A stretch of DNA of 64,000 nt from Candidatus Omnitrophota bacterium (GCA_043826355.1 JBDRQI010000004.1:32001-96000), one strand, 5' to 3'. Positions 11,371 through 21,562 are shown, numbered from the stretch's first letter. Numbers and translations: made by a program. Notes: generated by a model from the sequence alone, not told the origin.

Positions 11371-11834
11371 ATAAAAAAAATATCGGTAAAATAACCATTT
11401 TGGTTATTGTGATTATTGCGTTTGCGATATTCGCGGCCCGGCAAAAAGAAGAGCAGTCCGTTCCCCCGCCGGCCGTTCCGCTGGACGAAGAAGCAAAACC
11501 GGACGATTTTCGTCCGGAGCAACCGGCTAACCTGCCCTCGCAGGAATCGCCCCGCCTGGTCAGTTTGGGCGCCGATAGCTGCGTCCCCTGCCGGATGATG
11601 GTGCCTATCCGGGAAGAGTTGCGGAACGAATTAGAGGGTAAACTGCAGGTTGAATTCATAGATGTCTGGAAAGACCGGTCTGCAGGCGGCCAATACCGGA
11701 TACGGGTCATCCCCACCCTGATATTCTTTGACCCTTCCGGAAAAGAGTTGTTTCGCCACGAAGGTTTCATAAGCAAGGAAGACATTCTCTCTAAATGGAA
11801 AGAACTGGGTTTCAACCTGGAGAAAGGAACCTGA
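11367..11834 (+). CDS. Membrane-anchored thioredoxin
   Basis: N-terminal hydrophobic segment, CVPC, IPT motif. Confidence 0.85.
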   Translation: MNKKNIGKITILVIVIIAFAIFAARQKEEQSVPPPAVPLDEEAKPDDFRPEQPANLPSQESPRLVSLGADSCVPCRMMVPIREELRNELEGKLQVEFIDVWKDRSAGGQYRIRVIPTLIFFDPSGKELFRHEGFISKEDILSKWKELGFNLEKGT

Positions 11835-11836
11835 AA

Positions 11837-12769
11837 ATGAATAAATTAATAAAACGCATCGCATTTTTGATTTTAGGAATCACAACACTTCCGCTGTTCT
11901 GCGGATGTTCGGGGTTAATTCAGGCGGGAACGACGGAAATGGTTGACAGCCTTTATCCCGGACTTACGGCCGGAATTCTCAGATACGCCAAACCTGCCGA
12001 GTTGCCCGAAGGAATAGTTCTTTGTTCAGGACGGGTGGAGATTGCGGCAAAGGAGATTGAAGACACTGCGGCAAAAGCTCCAAAAGAACTTCAGGCCCAG
12101 CTGAATAAAAATTTAATCTTTCTTCTGGAGCAGGCGGCAACCGAAAAAATCCTGTTGAACCTGGCCAGGGAGAGCGTGAAAAACGAATCCGTTCGGGACG
12201 ACGGCGAAATTATACGGAGTTATCTGGAGGGAAATATAGTGCATGATGTCAGGGTGAGCGAGGGAGAAATAAAGGCCTTTTACGAGGACAACAAAGAGAT
12301 GTTCGGCGGCGCGCCTTTTGACGCGGTCAAGGGAACGCTGAATGCTTTTTTCCTTCAGCAGAAAAAACAGGAAGCAGTGACGGATTTCATAAAAAATCTG
12401 GGCCAGAAGATTCCCATTTCAGTGGCGGCTTCCTGGGTAAAGGAGCAGGCGGTTCTGGCGCGGGACAACCCGGTAGATAAAATTCGGGCAAGCAAAAAAC
12501 CTTCGTTGGTGGATTTCGGGGCCGACGGTTGTCTGCCCTGCGACATGATGACGCCGATTCTGGACAATATCAGAGTTAAATACGAGGGAAAACTTAACGT
12601 TTTGTTCGTCCATGTTCAGGCCGAGCAGATACTTGCCGCCAGATATGGCATCAAGTCAATTCCGGTTCAGGTCTTCTTTGACAAAAGCGGAAAGGAGATA
12701 TTTCGTCACACCGGGTTTTTTTCGCAGGAAGAAATTGAAAGAAAATTATCCGAAATGAGGGTGGAGTGA
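11837..12769 (+). CDS. Exported thioredoxin with SurA-like N-terminal region
   Basis: Signal-like N-terminus, VSEGEIKAFYEDNK, C-terminal DFGADGCLPC. Confidence 0.75.
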   Translation: MNKLIKRIAFLILGITTLPLFCGCSGLIQAGTTEMVDSLYPGLTAGILRYAKPAELPEGIVLCSGRVEIAAKEIEDTAAKAPKELQAQLNKNLIFLLEQAATEKILLNLARESVKNESVRDDGEIIRSYLEGNIVHDVRVSEGEIKAFYEDNKEMFGGAPFDAVKGTLNAFFLQQKKQEAVTDFIKNLGQKIPISVAASWVKEQAVLARDNPVDKIRASKKPSLVDFGADGCLPCDMMTPILDNIRVKYEGKLNVLFVHVQAEQILAARYGIKSIPVQVFFDKSGKEIFRHTGFFSQEEIERKLSEMRVE

Positions 12770-13464
12770 TGTATGGCCTTTTTAATTTTTTGACCCGCGC
12801 CATAGAAGGCGCCCCGCTGGTCGCTTTATTTGCTTCGTTCGTGTGGGGTATTTTGAGCATCATCTTAAGCCCCTGCCACCTGGCAAGCATTCCGCTTATC
12901 GTGGGCTTTATTGACGGGCAGGGCAAAATATCCACCAGGAGGGCGTTTTTCATATCCGTTCTCTTTGCTTCCGGAATTCTTGTGACGATAGCGCTTCTCG
13001 GCATAGTTACGGGCGCGGCCGGAAGGATGCTGGGCGATATCGGGAGGTTTGGAAATTATTTTGTAGCGGCCATATTTTTTATCGTCGGGCTCCACCTGCT
13101 CGGTATTATCCCGATGCCTTTTTCCGGGCCCGGGCATATTGCCATGAAAAGAAGGGGGCCGCTGGCGGCGTTTATCCTGGGGCTTATCTTCGGAATCGCG
13201 CTGGGTCCCTGCACTTTTGCCTATATGGCGCCCATGCTTACGGTCACTTTTAAATTGGCGGCGACCAACCTGCTTTACGGCATACTATTGCTTCTCTCGT
13301 ACGGAATCGGCCATTGTTCGGTAATTGTCTTTGCTGGCACCTTTACGGAGGTCATCCAGCATTACCTCAATTGGAGCGAGAATTCAAAAGGCGCCGTAAT
13401 CCTGAAGAAAATCTGCGGCGCGCTGGTTATTCTTGGGGGAATTTACATGATTTATACCGCTTGA
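12769..13464 (+). CDS. ccdA: CcdA/DsbD-type transmembrane disulfide electron transporter
   Basis: SPCH and GPCT motifs, six TM segments. Confidence 0.85.
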   Translation: MYGLFNFLTRAIEGAPLVALFASFVWGILSIILSPCHLASIPLIVGFIDGQGKISTRRAFFISVLFASGILVTIALLGIVTGAAGRMLGDIGRFGNYFVAAIFFIVGLHLLGIIPMPFSGPGHIAMKRRGPLAAFILGLIFGIALGPCTFAYMAPMLTVTFKLAATNLLYGILLLLSYGIGHCSVIVFAGTFTEVIQHYLNWSENSKGAVILKKICGALVILGGIYMIYTA

Positions 13465-13486
13465 TATACCGTGGGAGGGTTTAACG

Positions 13487-14392
13487 ATGAAAAAGAAACC
13501 GATACGCTGTCATAAAACAGACCATAAGGAAGACGTGCGCCAGGCGGTCCGAAACGGATACGCCAGGATTGCATCCGGGGGCGGGGGGTGCTGTTCTTCG
13601 GCTGTCGGATGCTGCGGCGCTCCATCCGCCAGGAGTTTGGCGAAGAGCGTGGGTTATTCCGAAACGGAATTGGCAGCATTGCCCGAAGGAGCCAATATGG
13701 GTCTTTCCTGCGGGAACCCGACCGCGATTGCCGCTTTAAAACCGGGAGAAGTCGTGCTGGACCTCGGCAGCGGCGGCGGGTTTGACGTATTCCTGGCCGC
13801 TCCAAAAGTCGGTTCCAAAGGTCTGGTTATTGGCGTGGACATGACCCCGGAAATGGTCGGCAAGGCGCGCCGCAATATACCGGCTTTCCGCAAACGAACG
13901 GGGTTGGACAACGTGGAGTTCCGTCTCGGAGAAATAGAACATCTGCCCGTAGCCGATGCGAGCGTGGATGTCGTCATCTCCAACTGCGTAATTAACCTTT
14001 CGCCGGACAAACCGCAGGTGTGGCGCGAAATTGTCCGGGTGCTGAAACCCGGCGGACGCGTGGCGGTTTCCGACCTGGCGCTGCGGCGGCCTTTGCCGGA
14101 AGCGGTTCGTAAATCCGTTGCCGCGCTGGTCGGCTGCATCGCCGGGGCGGTTCTCGTGGACGAAACGCGGAAAATGGCAACCGAAGCCGGCCTGGTAAGT
14201 CTAATTCTGACGCCGCAACCCGGTTACATAGAGAATATGACCGACTGGAGCGACCCGCTTTACCGGGACATCCGCAAGCATCTTCCTGAAGGGCGCGCCG
14301 CAGGTGACTATATCGTAAGTTTGTACCTCACCGCGGAAAAGCCGATGGTTGACAAACACCATATCAGGAAAATGAAAAATGGCCGCAAATAA
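13487..14392 (+). CDS. arsM: Arsenite S-adenosylmethionine methyltransferase
   Basis: N-terminal CC pairs, CGNP, VLDLGSGGG, ISNCVINL, GCIAGA. Confidence 0.9.
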   Translation: MKKKPIRCHKTDHKEDVRQAVRNGYARIASGGGGCCSSAVGCCGAPSARSLAKSVGYSETELAALPEGANMGLSCGNPTAIAALKPGEVVLDLGSGGGFDVFLAAPKVGSKGLVIGVDMTPEMVGKARRNIPAFRKRTGLDNVEFRLGEIEHLPVADASVDVVISNCVINLSPDKPQVWREIVRVLKPGGRVAVSDLALRRPLPEAVRKSVAALVGCIAGAVLVDETRKMATEAGLVSLILTPQPGYIENMTDWSDPLYRDIRKHLPEGRAAGDYIVSLYLTAEKPMVDKHHIRKMKNGRK

Positions 14393-15449
14393 TGAAAAAG
14401 CAAGACTGCCTTTTTTCGAAAGGTACCTTTCACTCTGGGTGCTTTTATGTATTGCCGCCGGCGTAATCGTCGGCAAGGTATTTCCGTCCGGAGTGAATTT
14501 CTTAGGCGAACTGGAGGTTGCCCACGTCAACATTCCGGTAGCCATCCTCATCTGGTTGATGATATATCCGATGATGCTCCAGATAGATTTTTCCAGCATC
14601 GTCCGCGCTTCAAGGAGACCGAAAGGTTTAACCATAACGCTGGTTGTCAACTGGTTAATCAAGCCGTTTACCATGGCGCTATTTGCCTTCATCTTTTTCA
14701 GGCACATCTTCGGCGCCTTTATCAACCCGGCCCTGGCAAAGGAATATATCGCCGGAGCCATCCTTTTGGGAGCCGCTCCCTGTACTGCGATGGTCTTTGT
14801 CTGGAGTTACCTGACCAAAGGCAATCCGGCCCATACCCTGGTTCAGGTTGCGGTTAACGACCTGGTGATTCTCTTTGCTTTTATCCCGATAGTTAAATTC
14901 CTGCTGGGTGTCAACCAGATATCCGTGCCTTACGATACTTTAATCTACTCGGTCGTTCTTTTTGTCGTGATACCTCTGGCCGGCGGGTATATTTCGCGGG
15001 TGCAGTTGCTCAAGCGTAAAGGGGTCGATTGGTTTGAAAACGTATTCCTGAAGAGACTGAAGCCGGTTACGATTTTCGGGTTGTTGCTGACCCTGGTCAT
15101 CATCTTTGCTTTTCAGGGTAAAACCATTCTGGCAAACCCTTTTCACATTATCTTAATCGCGGTTCCCCTGACAATCCAGACCTATTTTATTTTTACCATC
15201 GGGTATTTCTGGTCAAAGAAATGGCGGCTCACCCATGACATCGCTTCTCCGGCGGCCATGATCGGCGCCAGCAACTTCTTCGAACTGGCTGTGGCGGTGG
15301 CTATCTCTCTTTTCGGCTTGAAGAGCGGTGCCACCCTGGTCACTGTGGTCGGTGTTTTGACCGAAGTTCCGATTATGCTGAGCTTGGTCAATTTTTCCAA
15401 CAGGACTCGGGGCTGGTTTACTCCGGGAAGACGGAAGGCGGGAGGTTAA
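14379..15449 (+). CDS. acr3: Acr3 family arsenite efflux transporter
   Basis: FFERYLSLWV, NWLIKPFTM, APCTAMVFVW, SNFFELAVAVA, GVLTEVP. Confidence 0.93.
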   Translation: MAANNEKARLPFFERYLSLWVLLCIAAGVIVGKVFPSGVNFLGELEVAHVNIPVAILIWLMIYPMMLQIDFSSIVRASRRPKGLTITLVVNWLIKPFTMALFAFIFFRHIFGAFINPALAKEYIAGAILLGAAPCTAMVFVWSYLTKGNPAHTLVQVAVNDLVILFAFIPIVKFLLGVNQISVPYDTLIYSVVLFVVIPLAGGYISRVQLLKRKGVDWFENVFLKRLKPVTIFGLLLTLVIIFAFQGKTILANPFHIILIAVPLTIQTYFIFTIGYFWSKKWRLTHDIASPAAMIGASNFFELAVAVAISLFGLKSGATLVTVVGVLTEVPIMLSLVNFSNRTRGWFTPGRRKAGG

Positions 15450-16273
15450 ATAACGGATTTTTCCGGGGCGCCTTTCGTAAAAATATGCGTCAGGCCCCGG
15501 CCTGACTTGGGATGGAGCAGGATGACCATCAACCCGCCGACGATATTGCCGAAGGTTACCGGAATAAGGTTTCGGAATATTTCCCAGAAACGAGAAAAGA
15601 ATTGCCCGCTTGCCATCAGGCCGGCCGGGATGAAGTACATGTTGGCGATGGAGTGTTCATAGCCCGAGGCGACAAATACCATAATCGGAAAATAGATTCC
15701 GAATATTTTTCCGGTTACGGTCTTTGAGGATAAAGACATAATTACCGCCAGGCAGACCAGCATATTGCAGAGTATTCCCCGGCAGAATCCCTGAAAAAAG
15801 GTCAGGGAAATTTTACTTTCGGCAATCTTGACAGCGATGTTGCCGGCGGCGCTGGTTAACGCGCCGGTCTGCAATAATCCGGAATTGAACACCAGGCAGG
15901 CCAGGAGCAGGCTGCCGATAAAGTTCCCCAGGTAAACCGCCAGCCAGTTTCGCAGCATTTTTGAAAAACCGTATTTTTTGCCGAGCAGGCCGATTACCAT
16001 CAGGATATTGCCGGTGAAAAGTTCTGCGCCGGGAATCAGAACCAGCATTAAGCCAACGCTGAAGACGGTGCCTGCGAGAAATTTGCCGAGCCCCGGGTCA
16101 AGCGTCCCGCCGCTTAAGACCGCGGTAGCCGCCGCCGCCCCGAAACCGATGTAAGTGCCGGCCAGGATTCCGTAAACAAAGAGGTCGAAAATGGAAGAAA
16201 CCGCCTTTTTTTCCCCGATAGCAATTAACTTTTGGGATACTTCCTTCGGTTTTAAAAACAGGTTCTCATCCAT
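15446..16273 (-). CDS. Formate/nitrite transporter (FNT)
   Basis: GAELFTGN, GILCNMLVCLA, GYEHSIANM, GNIVGG. Confidence 0.9.
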   Translation of the reverse strand: MDENLFLKPKEVSQKLIAIGEKKAVSSIFDLFVYGILAGTYIGFGAAAATAVLSGGTLDPGLGKFLAGTVFSVGLMLVLIPGAELFTGNILMVIGLLGKKYGFSKMLRNWLAVYLGNFIGSLLLACLVFNSGLLQTGALTSAAGNIAVKIAESKISLTFFQGFCRGILCNMLVCLAVIMSLSSKTVTGKIFGIYFPIMVFVASGYEHSIANMYFIPAGLMASGQFFSRFWEIFRNLIPVTFGNIVGGLMVILLHPKSGRGLTHIFTKGAPEKSVI

Positions 16274-16305
16274 ATTTGAAATTATAACCCGTGCCCCGCG
16301 AAAAT

Positions 16306-17253
16306 TCAAAACCCCTGCGCCAGGTTTTGCTTGTAAAACCGGGCAACTTCCGGGCTCTCTATCACCGAAATAATCTCCTGGTTTCGTTTGGCCGCGCCGC
16401 TGGGATTATAAGAGCCGGTGATAACTTTTTTACCGTCAATCAGGAATAGTTTGTAGTGGTTCAAATAATAGTTTTTATCCCAGGCCACGTTTGCGCCGGA
16501 AGCGTTTAATTCGCGGAAAGCCGTATCATTTACCGCCCAGTCTTGTTCCAGAATGCCTGATACTTTAATGCCCTGGCTGGTTTTTTTCTTCAAAATCTGA
16601 ATAATTTCCGAGTCGGTGAAGACGTAATGCGAAAAAAATATTTCTTTCTGCGCCGATTTTAGTTCTTTTAAAATAATGGTACGGCATTTCGGGTTCAGGT
16701 AAACTTGAACCGGAAGTTTCGGGTTGCCTTGAAAGGACAAAGGCGGATTTTTATCTTCTATCAGGGCGTTAAAAACCCGCCTTAAGTAACCGGCAATTTC
16801 TGGATAGTGAAAAAAGATTAAATCATTATCGCTTTGATAGGCGGAATTGAAGGTTAGATTGAAAGAACCCAGCCAGGCGAACTTTCCGTCTACCACGCCG
16901 AACTTGGCATGCATCAGAGAAGATGGTTTGGAGTCGGTAGCGATAAAATTGAAGGGGAGGGCAGAGGCGCTTTCTGCCGCCTTGTCGTCTATTAACAGCT
17001 TAACTTTCACACCCCGGTCCTGAGCCGCCTTCAGGGCATTGAGTACGCAGGGTAGGTTGGCTTCAAAAGAAGTTATTAATACTTCCTTTTTCGCCTGGTT
17101 TATCAGTCCGGTTATTTTTAAAGGTATGTCGGTTTTGCGGGAAAGACAGACCTCAAAATCTTTGGTCACCAGGGGTTGCGGTTTGTTGCATCCGGCTGTT
17201 AGAATTAAAGGTATCAGCCAAAACGCAACGAAACGCATACGCCGAAATCGCAT
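16306..17253 (-). CDS. Phospholipase D superfamily lipoprotein
   Basis: Two HxKxxxxD motifs (HAKFGVVD, HYKLFLID) with GSxN; lipobox LTAGC. Confidence 0.85.
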   Translation of the reverse strand: MRFRRMRFVAFWLIPLILTAGCNKPQPLVTKDFEVCLSRKTDIPLKITGLINQAKKEVLITSFEANLPCVLNALKAAQDRGVKVKLLIDDKAAESASALPFNFIATDSKPSSLMHAKFGVVDGKFAWLGSFNLTFNSAYQSDNDLIFFHYPEIAGYLRRVFNALIEDKNPPLSFQGNPKLPVQVYLNPKCRTIILKELKSAQKEIFFSHYVFTDSEIIQILKKKTSQGIKVSGILEQDWAVNDTAFRELNASGANVAWDKNYYLNHYKLFLIDGKKVITGSYNPSGAAKRNQEIISVIESPEVARFYKQNLAQGF

Positions 17254-17301
17254 TGTTTTATTATATCATTCCGTCCTTATGCTATAATAATATTAGTTTG
17301 T

Positions 17302-17386
17302 TGTCATTCTGAAGCATAGCGAAGAATCCCGTATTTGTAGGGGCCGCATTAATGCGGCCCGCGGGCGCGATGAATCGCGCCCCTAC
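17302..17386. repeat. GTCAT-type plus GTAG-type REP cluster
   Basis: TGTCATTCTGA..GAAGAATC followed by GTAGGGGC...GCCCCTAC. Confidence 0.8.
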
Positions 17387-17416
17387 AAAAATCGTATTAT
17401 CTTGCCCGGAGGAACA

Positions 17417-17992
17417 ATGGAAACTAAAATTCTGCCCTTTAAACGATTAATAACGGAAAGAGAGAACCTGCTGGCGCGTAAGATTCTGATGTCAATAACG
17501 ATGGCCGCGGTGACCGGACTGCTGGCCGGCATCCGCATACCGCTTCCGTTTACGCCGATTCCGCTTACCGGCCAGGTTTTAGGAGTGCTTCTCGCCGGCC
17601 TTTTTCTGGAAGGTTCTTTTGCCGGTTTGAGCCAGGCCCTTTACCTTCTTATCGGTTTAAGCGGCATCCCCTGGTTTTCCGGCTGGAGCAGTCTTTCTTT
17701 TGCCACTTTCGCCGCCAACCCCACTTCCGGGTATCTTGTCGGGTTTATTCCGGCGGCTTTCCTGATTGGAAAACTGGAACACTGCGGGTCCAAAATGAAC
17801 CTTTTCCGGCATACAATCGCGTTCCTTGCCGGGATTCTGGTGCTCTATTCTTTCGGCGCAATCCATCTTGCAACAATAATGCATACCGGCTTTCAGAGAA
17901 CCATGCTCTTGGCCGTCTATCCCTTCATCTTTTTTGATTTCCTGAAGGCCCTTCTGGCCGCTTCATTTATGAGCGCCTTTCGTAAGGTCTAA
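17417..17992 (+). CDS. bioY: Biotin transporter BioY
   Basis: IPLPFTPIPLTGQ, GLSGIPWF, GYLVGF, PFIFFDFLK. Confidence 0.88.
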   Translation: METKILPFKRLITERENLLARKILMSITMAAVTGLLAGIRIPLPFTPIPLTGQVLGVLLAGLFLEGSFAGLSQALYLLIGLSGIPWFSGWSSLSFATFAANPTSGYLVGFIPAAFLIGKLEHCGSKMNLFRHTIAFLAGILVLYSFGAIHLATIMHTGFQRTMLLAVYPFIFFDFLKALLAASFMSAFRKV

Positions 17993-18063
17993 ATTTTAGT
18001 CCTTCTCCCCTCCGGGCTGCAAGTCCGCCTCAGGCGGGGAGAGGATGAAGGTGAGGGGTGAAA

Positions 18064-18636
18064 ATGACTGTTTACGAAACAATCATTAAGCGGCGTACCG
18101 TTCGCCGTTTTCAATCCAGGCCGGTTCCGGAAGAAATTCTGGAAAAAATGGTAAACGCCGGTCGTTTGGCTCCTTCGGCCGCCAATCTCCAACCCTGCGA
18201 ATTTTTAATCGTGGACGACCCGAATTTGGTTGCCGCGGTCTTTGCCACTTTACAGTGGGCCGGTTATGTGGCGCCGGCCGGTAATCCGCCGGAGGGAAAA
18301 CGGCCCGTTGCCTACATCGTTCTGCTTCTCAATCCTGAAAAGAGCCGGGGTGGTATTGCCGATGCCGGAGCGGCTATTGAAAACATGATTTTGACCGGGC
18401 TGGAAGATGGTGTCGCTGCCTGCTGGCTGGGCTCGGTGGACCGCGGCCAGTTGACAAAAATTCTTAATATTCCTAATTACTGCCGAATTGATTCGGTGTT
18501 GGCGCTGGGTTATCCGGAACAGGAGAACCAGGCAGAGGATTTTTCCGGTTCAATCAAATACTGGCTTGACGAAAAAGGTAATTACCACGTGCCCAAACGC
18601 AGTTTAAAAGAAGTCCTTCACCGTAATACCTACTAA
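18064..18636 (+). CDS. Nitroreductase family protein
   Basis: RRTVRRF, APSAANLQP, ACWLG, LALGYP. Confidence 0.9.
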   Translation: MTVYETIIKRRTVRRFQSRPVPEEILEKMVNAGRLAPSAANLQPCEFLIVDDPNLVAAVFATLQWAGYVAPAGNPPEGKRPVAYIVLLLNPEKSRGGIADAGAAIENMILTGLEDGVAACWLGSVDRGQLTKILNIPNYCRIDSVLALGYPEQENQAEDFSGSIKYWLDEKGNYHVPKRSLKEVLHRNTY

Positions 18637-18759
18637 TATAAATTGTCTGTCATTCCCGCGTGTGGTAAGTGGGAATCAACATGTAGTAGGACAGGCGTCT
18701 CGCCTGTTTCTTTTTTGTAATGCGACCCCTTCAAGGTCGCCAATCTTGGTTTAATTACT

Positions 18760-18844
18760 GGAGAGGTGCGAGAGCGGTTGAATCGGCACGATTGGAAATC
18801 GTGTAGCCCGCAAGGGCTCGTGGGTTCGAATCCCACCCTCTCCG
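18760..18844 (+). tRNA. tRNA-Ser(GGA), CCA not encoded
   Basis: GGAGAGG/CCTCTCC acceptor stem, CACGA-TTGGAAA-TCGTG anticodon arm, long variable arm, GGTTCGAATCC T-loop. Confidence 0.95.
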
Positions 18845-18927
18845 CAGATAAGCTTACCTGAAGGTGGGATTCGAGGGGAGCGAAGTAAGGCGTTGCGACT
18901 GGTTAAGGAGCAATGCCAGCGGGTGGC

Positions 18928-19490
18928 CTAGTTGAAACGCAGTGAAGTTGAGACAGCCGAATCCCACCCTCTCCGCTGTTCGTCTGTTTTGGCCTTTTCG
19001 GCAATCAGACGGAAGGCCGGATGCCAGTCAGGGCACAGGTTTCCGTCTTTTAAAACGAGGTTCGAGAACACCAATTTCAGCAGTTGCCGCTTTTCCTCCA
19101 CCGAACGTGAAATGTAGATTTCTCTCGCCCGCTGTGCCAGTTCCAGGATGTTCATCCCCAGTTCGAAGTATTTTTCCCGCCCGGTCTCATGCCGCCTGAT
19201 TGAATCGAGAACCTCCTCCCTTTCGCCCGAGTACTGTTTGAACTTGCGCCCGTAAAGCTCCTCGCTTATCTTCCCATCCACCTTGTCGTCGTAGAGGGCA
19301 TCCTCCCGCCGCTGCAGCGTTTCGTACCGGCGGTTCAGCTCCTCCAAACAGCTCCTATTGTACTCTGTTTCGTCCCGATGGCTCTCCTTGAGGGCCTTGC
19401 GGATCCATTCGATGACCAGGCTATTGCCGGCGGTAAGTCCGTCAAGACACTCGTGGATTTTTTTCTCCAGCCTTTCCTGACGCGTGTACA
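18928..19490 (-). pseudogene. C-terminal remnant of a large serine recombinase
   Basis: Coiled-coil tail with LYDDKVDGKISEELY and EEKRQLLKLVFSNLVL motifs; catalytic domain absent; frame crosses the att core. Confidence 0.75.
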
Positions 19491-19539
19491 TGCTCTGCAC
19501 TCTAAAGAAAGGTGGTCCTAAAGACGGGGGAAGGTCATT

Positions 19540-19806
19540 ACGGTCTTGATAATTACCATGTTTACCCAAGAATATAATTGCATAATTTTTAGCAACCTCA
19601 TAATAGGAATCGTTATCCTGGAACCGTTTTCTAGCTAAAACCGTTAGATCTGGAACCTTTATTCTGTCAGACTCAATTAATAGACGCCAGATATGCATTT
19701 CCTGCCATGGATAGATACAGTCTTTGAGAAACAAGGCGCAATTTGTTTGAACAAATTTATAATTCTTACGTAAGATTTTTCTTTTGGTTCGGCATAAATT
19801 TAGCAC
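19540..19806 (-). pseudogene. AT-rich gene fragment resembling the helical C-terminal region of Abi/defence-type reverse transcriptases
   Basis: IYPWQEMHIWRLL..LARK..AIIFLGKHG..DR pattern, recalled from family knowledge only; no RT core present. Confidence 0.35.
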
Positions 19807-19817
19807 AAAATATTTTC

Positions 19818-21026
19818 TCAGACCTTTTTGGACAAATTTATCGGGTGGTGTTCAATAAGTACTTCACCTGCTTTTTGTAATGCATATTTTGTGCACAAAG
19901 GACCGATTAATTCATAAACAACCGTGGTTGCAACGATAGTAGTAAAAATCATAGTTCCTACTTCTGGAAAATCATTTTTGACAATAAGGGCGCAACCCAA
20001 CGCAACACCAGCCTGAGGAATTAATCCTAAACCTAAATATTTCTTTATGCTTCGGGAAGCATTGGAGATGCGTGCTCCTAAACCCGCGCCTATTACTTTA
20101 CCGAGTACCCGAAACATAAGATACGCCAAACCAATCAGTCCAAGTTTACTTAAAATTCCTATTTCTAAGTTTGCTCCTGCCAAAACAAAGAAAAGCAGAA
20201 ACAGAGGTGAGTCAACTGTTTTTAGACTCTCAAAAAAATTAAATGATGTTTTATGGACATTAACTAATATTGCTCCTAAAAACATACTTGCTAAAAGAAC
20301 GGATAATTTAAGCCAAACAGCAATTCCTATATTTAAAAAAACAAATCCTAAAGTAAAAATTAGAAGCTCGGTTTGTGTACGTAGATGCCGAGAAAAATAA
20401 GTTACCACCATTGCTACTATACCCCCTAAGATAAAAGCGCCAGATATGCTTAAAATGGAATGGAAAAGTACTTTTATCAAGAAAAAGGGGGCTAACGTAT
20501 GAGCATAGATAGCCTGTGATATTGCCAAAGAAACGGCAAATATAATAAGGCACCAGGCATCGTCAATGGCAACTACACCCAAAAGCGTATCGGTAAAGTT
20601 TCCTTTGGCCCGACATTCTCTGATGATCATAACCGTTGCCGCAGGGGCGGTAGCAGAGGAGATCGCCCCAAAAAGAAGAGAGAGATAAAAGGGCTGTCTT
20701 AAAATAACCAGGAATACAAAAGTGACCAAAAACCAGGCGCCACAAGCTTCTAAAACTGAAATCAAAACGACGGATTTACCAATCTTACGAAAATTATCTC
20801 TGGAAAAATTCTGTCCTATGCCAAAAGCAATTATGCCTAAAACTATATTAGAAATCAAACCTGAAGAAGCTATAATATCTTTAGGGATAAGCCTGAAAAC
20901 CGATGGTCCTATAAAAATACCCAATAAAAGATAGGCAGTTACTGCGGGAAATTTAATTTTGTTTATCAGTCTGGCTGAAAATAAACCTGCAAGTAGAATA
21001 AAACCGATTCCTAGAATTGTATTCAT
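19818..21026 (-). CDS. Cation:proton antiporter (CPA family)
   Basis: ATAPAAT, VAIDD, FFVLAGA, PQAGVALG; about 12 TM segments. Confidence 0.88.
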   Translation of the reverse strand: MNTILGIGFILLAGLFSARLINKIKFPAVTAYLLLGIFIGPSVFRLIPKDIIASSGLISNIVLGIIAFGIGQNFSRDNFRKIGKSVVLISVLEACGAWFLVTFVFLVILRQPFYLSLLFGAISSATAPAATVMIIRECRAKGNFTDTLLGVVAIDDAWCLIIFAVSLAISQAIYAHTLAPFFLIKVLFHSILSISGAFILGGIVAMVVTYFSRHLRTQTELLIFTLGFVFLNIGIAVWLKLSVLLASMFLGAILVNVHKTSFNFFESLKTVDSPLFLLFFVLAGANLEIGILSKLGLIGLAYLMFRVLGKVIGAGLGARISNASRSIKKYLGLGLIPQAGVALGCALIVKNDFPEVGTMIFTTIVATTVVYELIGPLCTKYALQKAGEVLIEHHPINLSKKV

Positions 21027-21493
21027 TTAGTAAGACCCTTTTGGCGGAAAACATGTCGGACTATATCGAATATGCCGATCATTCCTAATAATTTTTCGGT
21101 TTTGTCAACCACCGGGAATTCTTCTTTAAGGTGCAGCTTCATCAGTTTGTAAACTTCTTCTAAAGAAGCGTCTTCTTGTATAGCGATAAACTTCCTCTCC
21201 ATAATATCTTCAGCCATTACTAAACTACCGGTTTCTTCAGTAAAATCCACTTTGAATATGTCTTCCTCTTCTTCGTCCAAAAAAGGCACTGTTTTCAACA
21301 TATCTGACTTACGCAACTGAAATGCATTAACGAGATTGCGGAAAGAAACAACGCCTACAAGATGATTGTTTTTTTCAACAACAGGTACCAAAGGGAATAT
21401 ATGAAACTTAGCAAATATTTCTAACAACTGCTTTAAAGTCGTAGAACGTCTTACGGTAATTACTTCTTTTGACATTACCTTTTTTACCTGCAT
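21023..21493 (-). CDS. CBS domain pair protein
   Basis: VMSKEVITV..VPVVE..VGVV and DIMERKF..FPVVD..LGMI. Confidence 0.88.
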   Translation of the reverse strand: MQVKKVMSKEVITVRRSTTLKQLLEIFAKFHIFPLVPVVEKNNHLVGVVSFRNLVNAFQLRKSDMLKTVPFLDEEEEDIFKVDFTEETGSLVMAEDIMERKFIAIQEDASLEEVYKLMKLHLKEEFPVVDKTEKLLGMIGIFDIVRHVFRQKGLTK

Positions 21494-21562
21494 ACTTTAC
21501 TCCTTGAATTCTAAGTTTTACGTAAAAAATGTATATCTTCAGAAAAAAGTATACGGATTTCC

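Noticed and set aside
10750..12769. Selenocysteine recoding in the thioredoxins
   Set aside because: All CxxC motifs use cysteine codons; no in-frame TGA
18928..19806. 292 aa ORF as a genuine single gene
   Set aside because: It is a chimera of an AT-rich fragment, the translated TIR (19491-19538) and a recombinase tail
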